Assembly: GCA_973895155.1 (NCBI GenBank) | Contig: OZ316898.1 | Span: 19,789,292-19,853,291 of the forward strand | From: Marsupella aquatica | Lineage: Eukaryota; Plantae; Marchantiophyta | Direction of reading: 5' to 3' | Length of the DNA stretch: 64,000 nucleotides | In this document: piece by piece, positions 25,997-35,045 of the stretch | How positions within the stretch are numbered: position 1 is the stretch's first letter | Layout: each line of letters begins with the position of its first letter | Position numbers and translations under genes: made by a program | Notes under the pieces: generated by a model | The model's input: only the letters and a program-made list of their open reading frames with translations | Database searches by the model: none | Told to the model about the DNA's origin: nothing

Positions 25997-26965
25997 CACA
26001 GGCCGTGGGCTGCGAGTGCCTCCTCACCAAGCTGCAAGAGGCCACAAGCCGTGGGCTGCGAGTGCCTCCTCACCAAGATGCAAGAGGCCACAGGCCGTGG
26101 GCTGTGGGTGCCAACCCACCAAGACTCTCTTCGCTCAAGTCATGCACTAAACACGCCGCAATTGACGGGAAAATCACTATTCACTATTTGTCATTTCCTT
26201 TGTGCCCTAAGTCACAGCCGCCTTGCTACTCCACGGTGCCTTATCTCGTCGCACGCCGACAACATAATTCACCAACATTCAACGTTGTTTTTAATGCCAT
26301 CGCCGCTTTACACCATAAAATGACTAGTTGCTGACGGGAAATATTGTCGAATTGCACCGACACAATCTGCAAGCTCAACAAAGAAAAAACTTCCGTCACG
26401 TCCCCTTCACCTGCGTCAAGTGCCAATCCCGAATTCAAAATGACCGCCTTGCCGCGATCTCACCGTTGAGCCCTAGCACTTTGCGTTTTCTTCTTCGAGT
26501 CGAATGTCACGACGAGTAACCCGGTTTAGGGAAAAACAAGCACCATAGCTTGTCAAAAAACCAGAACTCAACTTTCACTCCTCACGACACACTCGCTTCA
26601 AAAACGTCAGCATACCAAGTGCCAAAACAACCAGCTCGCTTCAACCTACAACTTGAGCTATAACATGTGATGCCTCCCGCACCACACAACTCACACCGCT
26701 GCAAAAACGCAAATCTCTGGTCTCTCCACGAAAAGCCGTCGAACACGAATAAACCCTGAACAACGAAAACTTTGATTCCTCCGCACCACGGAAACCGATC
26801 AGCGAGTTCTAACCACCGTTAGAAAGCCCTCTCACTAACCTATCCGCTTAGCCACACACATTCGAGTTTCATGCGATGAAACTCTGAATGTACCATCGAC
26901 AATGAACGCTGGAAAACCTGTCACGAAAAAACCTCGTCACCTCCCAGGCATGCTCTGATACCACT

Positions 26966-27309
26966 TGTTGAGCATAGACGACATTCGTAACGGCAAGCCC
27001 ATCAGCCATCCAACGCACAATAGTCGACACAGAGAGATACGTGGTTCACCTCCACATGCGGCTACGTCCACGGGAACACATAAGAGCTTTACTGCACTCT
27101 AGGCCGACCGGCCATACCAAGCATCCACAACACAAGCTCTCCCTATCTCTCAACTAGCTCCGTAACAATGAGCCTAAGTTCCACCAGGGTTTGGCATCAG
27201 CCCTGGCTATATGCACAACAGCACTACCGCTAACATTAGCTAAGTCCTAACCCGAGTTAGCCTAACTGTAGTTAGCTCATGAGTCACAAGACTAGAGCAA
27301 TATCTAACA
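26966..27309 (-). repeat. 5' LTR of element A (344 bp)
   Basis: Adjacent to PBS; followed by TSD ATGAC. Confidence 0.93.
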
Positions 27310-27379
27310 ATGACATGGCGCGTTGTAGAGTCTCAAATTTTGGAAGGGACCTCTGACTAATGGGGTCCGTAATACTCTA

Positions 27380-28125
27380 TGAAAAAATCCTAAAAGTTTG
27401 TCATGCCTCAAAATTTATGCTATTAGGAGGGGAAGATTTTAATTTTTCTCTCCCCCTTTTTCATATTTCTTCACTCCCTTGCCACTCCATTCCTCCCCCT
27501 CTTTCTTACCTTTGGTGCTATTAAATAAATAGAAAAAATACAAAATTAAACAAAGAGAAGAAAAGAAGGAGGAGATAAAAACAAAATTAACCCATTGTTC
27601 TTCCTTCTAAAGTTCATAATCATACTAAATGCAAAAATCCAAAAAGTTCTGTCATGCCCCAAAAGTTATGCTATTGGGAGGGGAAAATTTTAAATTTTCT
27701 CTCCCCCTTTTTCCTATTTCTTCACTCCCTTGCCACTCCATTCCTCCCTCTTCTTACATTTGGCGCCATTAAATAAACAGAAAAAATAGTTAAAACAAAA
27801 TTGAATCATTTTGCTTCCTTCTAAATTTTCATAATCATACTCTATGCAAAAATCCAAAAAGTTTGTCATCCCCCATAGGTTATGCTGTTGGGAGGGGCAG
27901 ATTTTAATTTTTCTCTCCCCCTTTCTCTTATTGCTTCACTCCCTTGCCACTCCATTCTCCCCCTATTTCTTACCTTTGGCGCCATTAAATAAACAGAAAA
28001 ATTGCAAATTAAATCAAATAAGGAGAAGAAAAAAAGGAGATAAAAATAAAATTAACCCATTTGGCTTCCTCTACAGTTTCATAATCATACTTTATGCAAA
28101 AATCCAAAAAGTTTGAGTTGCCCCA
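27380..28125 (+). repeat. Tandem array of ~3 diverged ~215-250-bp AT-rich units
   Basis: Units start at aaaatcc(t/a)aaaagtt near 27384, 27634, 27848 and 28098; each full unit has cccttgccactccattc. Confidence 0.85.
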
Positions 28126-29860
28126 AAATTTTCTCCTTCCAACTTATGTACTTTAATAGAAGAAAAAAAATACAATTTAGATATGTCACATAAGAATCAT
28201 CACATTTTTAGGTGATGTCATATGAGAATCATTTCATGTATTCTGTATTCTACTATAAAACGAAGTATAGCATTTGAACTCCTGGTCAATCGATCCAAGA
28301 GTACACAAAAAACTTTTAAAAAAGGTGATGACTCAGGTTTGTTGGGTATTTACTCTTACGTCTAGGTTAGGTATGACGTGGTTGGTACAACTACGTGGTT
28401 AGGTACAACTATGTGGTTAGGTACAACTACGTGGTTAGGTACAACTAAGTTGCACACTATATCATAAGAGGCATGTGTGCTTGGAGAGGTAGAACCAAGG
28501 CTCATTGTTATGGAGCCACTTGAGAGATAGGGAGAGCTTACACTGTGGAGACTCGGTATAGCCGACGGGCTTAGAGTTCAGTAAAGCTCTCTTGTGTGTT
28601 CCCGTGGACGTAGCCTCAAGGAGGTGAACCACGTATCTCTTGTGTCGACTATTGTGCGTTGGATGGTTCATGGGCTTGCCGTTGCGATCGTCGTCTATGC
28701 TCAACAATTGGTATCAGAGCATGCTTGGGAGGTGACGTGTGTTCGTGACGGGATTTCATGACGGTTTTTCCAGCATTGAGTGTCGGTGGATTTCCCAGAG
28801 TTCCGTCGCATGGAACTTGGAGTTTATTGGCTCAACGGATAGATCAGGGCAAGAGCTTTCTAACGGTGTGAAGAAATCGCTGAACGGAGCTCGTGGTCCA
28901 GAGAGATCTAAGTTTTCGTCGTTCTGGATTTTGTGAAGAAAGTTGGCAATCGACTCGGAGGGAGAAGCGTCAAGTGTTTTGACTCAACGGAGAGATTGAG
29001 GCAAGACGATTGTTTTGAGTCCGGGATTGGCTCTTTGATGCAAAGAGGAAGGCTAAGAAAAAATCAATTACCTTGTTGGACTTGGTGACGGCACCAAGTG
29101 CAATTGATCAACATTCGTTGTTGACAAGGTACCATTTTTTTCTCTTTGAAAAACTTATTCGAAATTGGCTATGGCAATTGAGAGAAATCTGTCATCTTTA
29201 CCAATTTTTTTCTCCCTCGTTCTTTTCTCATTTTGGGTGCTTCTTATATCGATCTTCACCGCCTCGGAGTCTAGTTTCCAAATCTGAAATCAGATCTTGA
29301 TTTCGTCAAAACCCGAGTGAGATATCTTGCGTTTGGTGTCGAGGGGTACATTCTGCCGTGTGTATTTTCTGCGCGCGCGACCAGATTTCGACGACAAAAG
29401 GTGGTAGGGGGTTTTGGGGGTTCGAGGACACATGTCAGCCCCACGATTGTTCTTCCAAAGTTCTCACAGGGCCTGTATAAGGGTCATAGAATATTCCAAA
29501 AAACCAGAGAGCTATTTTTTGACCGTCCGATAAAGATTTCATCCGCCGAACGGTAACTTTTTTGGTTATTTTTCGGCGAGGTCGTAGCCATTGAAGTTGG
29601 CAACGCGGCGCACCAATCACATCGCAATTCCGACAACGGGATGTACTTGGTATTTCGGTTATTCCCTGAGGTGGTCAAAACGGGGGAGTTTCCCAAGGTT
29701 TTACCCACCTCGACCAAAATTTGAATAACTTTTTTGTCAAATTTCGATTTTGATTTCGATTTTCAGTATTGGACTCCTAGCTTTGTGGGCTACGCGGCGG
29801 TGTTGAGTTTCGAGTTTTTTGAGAAGTTGTGAAAAACAACATTTTTTGTGATTTTCTCAT

Positions 29861-30901
29861 ATGAGTGATTCGGAGGAGTTTTTCGAAGATGTAGAACTTG
29901 AAGCACGAGGATCACCGCGGAGGTTTCAGGGGCAAAAAGAGGAGCAGGAGAAAGAGCACGTGACACCGATACCATCACCGGTGCGGCGTGTGGTGGAGGA
30001 AGCAGTACTACTACCGGAGCTCACGGTAGTGCCAAAGAAGAAGATGGGGACTTTCAAGCTTGGGGGATCCAAGTATGAAGTGACAAAGTATGATGGGCGC
30101 TCTGACTACTTGCTATGGGAGAAGCAGGTGAAGGGAGTGCTCTATGCGTCAGGGATGGGCCAACTGTTGAGCCCTCGTGAAGACGATGTTGATGAGAAAT
30201 AATGGGACCGCATGTAGGAGCAGGGAGTGTGGTGTGTTACACTCTATCTCATGCCTCCCATCATCAAGCAGTTGGGTGCACATAAGGATTGCATGTCCTT
30301 GTTTACGGAATTGCAGAGCAAGTATCACCGCAAAGAGTTGTCGAACCGGCTCTACACTTCCTACAAACTGATGAGTTTCAGGATGAAGGAATCCGGTACG
30401 AAGTTGCAAGACCATGTGGATGCTTTCAACGACATGGTCGTTGACTTGGAAAACCTTGGGGAGACTTTGAATGATGAGACGAAGGCTCTGCAGCTTCTTA
30501 GTTCATTGCCTCCATCTTACCAGTCCCTATCACGAGTGTTGTTGCATCGTGATAGGGATACCATTTCATACAATGACGTGGTAAGTTCTCTGCTTAGTGA
30601 TGATTTTCAGCAGAAGATGCACATCACGTCACAGCCTTCATCATCTGGTGCTGCCCTCAATGTTAACCGTGGGAGAAGTATGTAGCGACCAACTGGGGAC
30701 CGTAGAACCCAGTTTAGATCTAAATCCAGATCTAAGTCCAAGGGTAAATCCCCTCAGAGGAGGCAGGTGACATGTTGGAAGTGCAACCAAGTTGGACACT
30801 TCAAGCGAGACTGTAAGGGAAAGGCAGCGGAAACTTCATCGGCAAATGTGGCTAGGGCTGATGAAGAAGCTGATTTACTCAATGATGAGTATGTTTTATG
30901 A
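29861..30901 (+). pseudogene. gag: gag of element C with three premature stops
   Basis: Colinear with B gag; CAA>TAA at 30200, CAG>TAG at ~30215 and 30683; terminal TGA 30899-30901. Confidence 0.9.
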
Positions 30902-33900
30902 AGCCGGGAGTATGCCCTGTGCACGTCATCTAGGAGAGCAGATGATGTGTGGATTCTTGATTGTGCTTGCTCTTTTCATATTTGTTATATTCGTGAGTTT
31001 TTTAGTTCTTACTCTGTTTCAAACGGTTCAGTTCTGATGGGAAATGATCACTCCTGTCAAATTGAGGGAATTGGGTTTGTGAAGATTCAAATGTTTGATG
31101 GCGCCGTGCGCACAGTGTCCGGAGTCAGGTATGTACCTGGCATGCGTAAGAATTTGATTTCACTCGGTGTGTTGGATTCAAATGGTCATCAATGGAGCGT
31201 TATTGATGGTGAACTTCAAGTCAGGTCGGGAGAGACAGTGATTTTGAAAGGGAGTAGACAAAAGAATTTGTATGTGTTACAGGGCAATACTGTATGTGGA
31301 GAGGCCAATGTAACCAAGTCTCACGAGGAGATGACTCAACTATGGCATTCACGGCTAGGCCACATGAGTGAGAAGGGTTTGGCTATCTTACGGAAGAATG
31401 GACTCATTTCTGATTTGCAATCTTGTAAATTAGAGTTTTGTGAGCATTGCATTCTTGGAAAGCAGCATCGTCGTGCTTTTGGTGTTGGAACTCATCGTTC
31501 CAAAGCAGTTCTTGAGTACATACATAGTGACGTGTGGGGTCCATCCCCGACTCCCTCACACTCTGGAAAGTTGTACTATGTATCATTTATTGATGATTAC
31601 TCAAGATTTGTGTGGATTTATTTCATGACGCATAAGTCTGATGTCTTGTCCATTTTTAAGAAGTGGAAGGCCCAGGTGGAGAATCAGACTAGAAACACGA
31701 TCAAGTGTTTGGATACAAGGGTGAAGAGTCTGAGGTCAGACAACGGCAGGGAGTACACTTCAATGGAATTTGAAGAGTACTGTTCAGAACAGGGGATAAC
31801 TCGCCATCTCACCACAGTTTATACTCCACAGCAGAATGGTGTCGCTGAGAGGCTCAATCGGAAACTGTTGGAGCGGTCACGGAGTATGTTGAGCCAATCA
31901 GGTTTACCACAAGAATTTTGGGCAGAAGCTGTCAATACCGCAACTTATTTGGTAAATCTTTCTCCTTCTAGTGCTATCAATTTCAAAACGCCGTTTGAGA
32001 TGCGCTATAAGCGGCAAGCAGACTATCATGGCTTGGTAGTTTTTGGAAGTGATGCATATGCTCTCACACCGAAGCAGAATAGGACCAAGTTGGATCCTAC
32101 CTCCAAGAAATGTATTTTTCTTGGGTACCAGAGTGGTGTGAAAGCCTATAGGCTATGGGATCCTATTGCCTGTAAGCTCGTTGTCAGTAGGGATGTTTCC
32201 TTCAATGAATCCAGATTATTGAAGGAGGGGGAGAATACTCAGGTCTCCCGTACTGACAAAGGAAAATCTCCTATCCCGGATCTCGTTGAGGGGGAGATTG
32301 GTTATGAGGTGCATGACCAGAGAGAAGGAGTTGCTCCAATTATGGAGCTGGTTCCTGTGCCAGAGGAACTAGAGGAGTTTGTTGATGCTGGTGAGCAGCA
32401 AGTGGATGCTGTTGAGCTTCAAATTATACCAGCACACGCAGATCAACCGGAGTCATCGGCTAGAAGAACATCTGGTCGCACTGTACGCGCTCCACCAAGG
32501 TATGGACAGTGGGTTGATTCATCTCAACTGCAAGAGGATGATTTTACAGCTGATGATGAGGGTGATGCGTTAATTTTGGAAGAAGGGGAACCTTCTTCAT
32601 TTCATGAGGCAAGTGCTTCAAAGGAGAAGCAGAAGTGGACTGCAGCAATGCAAACGGAGATGCAGTCACTAAAGGACAACAAAACTTGGGAGCTTGTTAA
32701 GCTGCCTAAGGGTCAGCAAGTGGTGGACAGCAAGTGGATTTACAAGCTGAAGGATAATTCCATAGGAGGTGGATCGAAGGTCTACAAGGCTAGGTTGGTA
32801 GCAAAGGGATTCACACAAGAGAAAGGTGTGGATTACAATGAGGTCTTCTCACCAGTTGCTAAGTACTCTACAATACGACTATTGTGTGTACTTGTTGTAA
32901 TGTTTGGTCTGCTGCTAGATCAGATGGATGTTGTCACAGCTTTCCTCTATGGCACATTGGAAGAGGTGATCTTCATGAGACAACCGCTAGTTTTTGTGAA
33001 GAGAGGACAGGAGGAATTGGTTTGCAGATTGCTGAAATCCTTGTATGGGTTGAAGCAGTCACCAAGACAGTGGAACAAGCGGTTTGACGATTGGATTCGG
33101 TCACAAGGTTTTCACAGAAGTGTATTTGACCCTTGTGTGTATTTGAAACCGGTAAAGAATGTTGTCTTTGGGTTCATTGTTTTAGTACTTTATGTGGATG
33201 ATATGCTAATTGCAGCCAAGGATAGGTCTGAGATTGTTAAGCTCAAGGCACTGCTTAGTGCAGAGTTTAAGATGAAGGACTTAGGGCCAGCTAAAAGGAT
33301 TTTGGGTATGGAGATCACTAGGGACTTGGAGGCTGGCAAGCTATGGTTGACGCAGAGCAGTTATGCGAGGAAGGTAATTGCAAGGTTCAACATGGGGAAT
33401 AGCAAGCCAGTAAGTACCCCGTTGGCTCCACACTTCAAGTTATCATCAGCGTTCTGTCCTACGGATGACACAGAGAAGGGGTTGATGTCAAAGGTTCCGT
33501 ATGACAAGGCAGTGGGGAGTCTCATGTATTTGATGACTTGCACTAGACCTGATCTTGCCATGGCTATGGGCAAGGTGAGCAGGTACATGTCGAATCCAGG
33601 GAAGGTACACTGGGAAGCAGTGAAGTGGATTATCAGGTACTTGAAAGGTACCGTGGATCATGGTCTTTTATTTGATGCGAATGCAAAGAATGCTAAATCA
33701 TTGATTGGCTATGTTGATTCTGACTATGGACAAGATTTGGACCGAAGGAGATCAACAACAGGATACGTGTTCACACTTGGCGGTGGATGCATAAGTTGGA
33801 GATCTACTTTGCAGAAGGGTATTGCTCAGTCTACTACAGAAGCGGAGTATGTTGCAGCAAAGGAAGCGATTTGGTTGGATAGACTTATCACTGAAATGGG

Positions 33901-34162
33901 ATTGCCACAGGGGAATGTGAAGCTCCATTGTGATAGTCAAAGTGCGCTCCACCTTACTGTGAACCAGGTGATGGACAGCAGAGTGAAGCACATTGACGTC
34001 AGGTACCATTTTATCAGGCAGGCTGTGTCTGATAATTTGTTTGAGCTAGTCAAGATTGATGGTAAACTCAACCCGACTGACGCATTTACCAAAGTGATTT
34101 CTTTGGAGAGTTTCTCTAGACATCGTGACGTATTGCAGGTTTTGCAATTGCATCACAAGTAG
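30902..34162 (+). CDS. pol: copia pol (PR-IN-RT-RNase H) of element C
   Basis: 1071-aa open ORF, near-identical to B pol, with a 12-bp in-frame deletion in RNase H (EYVAAKEA vs EYVAAAEAAKEA). Confidence 0.92.
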   Translation, partial: SREYALCTSSRRADDVWILDCACSFHICYIREFFSSYSVSNGSVLMGNDHSCQIEGIGFVKIQMFDGAVRTVSGVRYVPGMRKNLISLGVLDSNGHQWSVIDGELQVRSGETVILKGSRQKNLYVLQGNTVCGEANVTKSHEEMTQLWHSRLGHMSEKGLAILRKNGLISDLQSCKLEFCEHCILGKQHRRAFGVGTHRSKAVLEYIHSDVWGPSPTPSHSGKLYYVSFIDDYSRFVWIYFMTHKSDVLSIFKKWKAQVENQTRNTIKCLDTRVKSLRSDNGREYTSMEFEEYCSEQGITRHLTTVYTPQQNGVAERLNRKLLERSRSMLSQSGLPQEFWAEAVNTATYLVNLSPSSAINFKTPFEMRYKRQADYHGLVVFGSDAYALTPKQNRTKLDPTSKKCIFLGYQSGVKAYRLWDPIACKLVVSRDVSFNESRLLKEGENTQVSRTDKGKSPIPDLVEGEIGYEVHDQREGVAPIMELVPVPEELEEFVDAGEQQVDAVELQIIPAHADQPESSARRTSGRTVRAPPRYGQWVDSSQLQEDDFTADDEGDALILEEGEPSSFHEASASKEKQKWTAAMQTEMQSLKDNKTWELVKLPKGQQVVDSKWIYKLKDNSIGGGSKVYKARLVAKGFTQEKGVDYNEVFSPVAKYSTIRLLCVLVVMFGLLLDQMDVVTAFLYGTLEEVIFMRQPLVFVKRGQEELVCRLLKSLYGLKQSPRQWNKRFDDWIRSQGFHRSVFDPCVYLKPVKNVVFGFIVLVLYVDDMLIAAKDRSEIVKLKALLSAEFKMKDLGPAKRILGMEITRDLEAGKLWLTQSSYARKVIARFNMGNSKPVSTPLAPHFKLSSAFCPTDDTEKGLMSKVPYDKAVGSLMYLMTCTRPDLAMAMGKVSRYMSNPGKVHWEAVKWIIRYLKGTVDHGLLFDANAKNAKSLIGYVDSDYGQDLDRRRSTTGYVFTLGGGCISWRSTLQKGIAQSTTEAEYVAAKEAIWLDRLITEMGLPQGNVKLHCDSQSALHLTVNQVMDSRVKHIDVRYHFIRQAVSDNLFELVKIDGKLNPTDAFTKVISLESFSRHRDVLQVLQLHHK

Positions 34163-34829
34163 AGTTTTCTTAACATTCATTGTAATTACTGATATATGCT
34201 CTTCCTCATTCCTATGTATTAGGTTACGGCTTAGTTCTGGTTTGCTCTAGTTAGAGAGGGAAACCGGTTTGGTTTTTGTCCAGAACTTCCCGCTGAGGGA
34301 TCATATACATTGGCAGTATTACTCTCCCCTAGACCAGAGTTAAGGGGAAGATTGTTGGGTATTTACTCTTACGTCTAGGTTAGGTATGACGTGGTTGGTA
34401 CAACAACGTGGGTTGGTACAACTACGTGGTTAGGTACAACTACGTGATTAGGTACAACTATGTGGTTAGGTACAACTACGTGGTTAGGTACAACTAAGTT
34501 GCACACTATATCATAAGAGGCATGTGTGCTTGGAGAGGTAGAACCAAGGCTCATTGTTATGGAGCCACTTGAGAGATAGGGAGAGCTTACACTGTGGAGA
34601 CTCGGTATAGCCGACGGGCTTAGAGTTCAGTAAAGCTCTCTTGTGTATTCCCGTGGACGTAGCCTCAAGGAGGTGAACCACGTATCTCTTGTGTCGACTA
34701 TTGTGCGTTGGATGGTTCATGGGCTTGCCGTTACGATCGTCGTCTATGCTCAACAAGGTTGACTCCCTCCATTTCCAATTTTGTAAGCACGCCAAAAACT
34801 TTTTGGCCCCATTGCATAAGAAGTAGATG

Positions 34830-35045
34830 ATTGAGAGTGTGATATTAATGACTTGCCAGTAACCACACATCAAAATGTGTTAATATAGGGTGTACATTCA
34901 CTTATTTAAAGAAAATAGTGAGAATTATCATGATGATGGTAGGGAGTGACGTGTACACCATATATATCACATTTTGATGTGCAATTACTGCGACCCATGG
35001 TGACTATTGAGAGAGTAATATTAGTGACTACACACTCTCTGCAAT
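34830..35045. mobile_element. Fold-back / MITE-like element
   Basis: gtaaccacacatcaaaatgtgttaatatagggtgtacattcact (~34859) is an imperfect reverse complement of agtgacgtgtacaccatatatatcacattttgatgtgcaattac (~34946-34988); no TSD identified. Confidence 0.55.

Larger units (their letters stand above)
14384..27309 (-). mobile_element. Ty1/copia LTR retrotransposon A (Tnt1/Tork-like), decayed, interrupted by nested element B
   Basis: TG...CA LTRs at 14384-14826 (3') and 26966-27309 (5'); TSD ATGAC at 14379-14383 and 27310-27314; tRNA-iMet PBS (TGGTATCAGAGC on -) 26952-26963; PPT 14827-14837; gag-PR-IN-RT-RH order. Confidence 0.95.
28340..34755 (+). mobile_element. Ty1/copia LTR retrotransposon C, sister of B in opposite orientation; gag inactivated
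   Basis: LTRs 28340-28706 (367 bp, 4 VNTR units) and 34353-34755 (403 bp, 6 units); TSD AGGTT at 28335-28339 and 34756-34760; PBS TGGTATCAGAGC 28709-28720; PPT 34342-34352. Confidence 0.96.

Noticed and set aside
19448-34755. B and C as an assembly artefact or segmental inverted duplication
   Set aside because: Different intact TSDs (CACAG vs AGGTT), different flanks, private substitutions and indels, different VNTR counts
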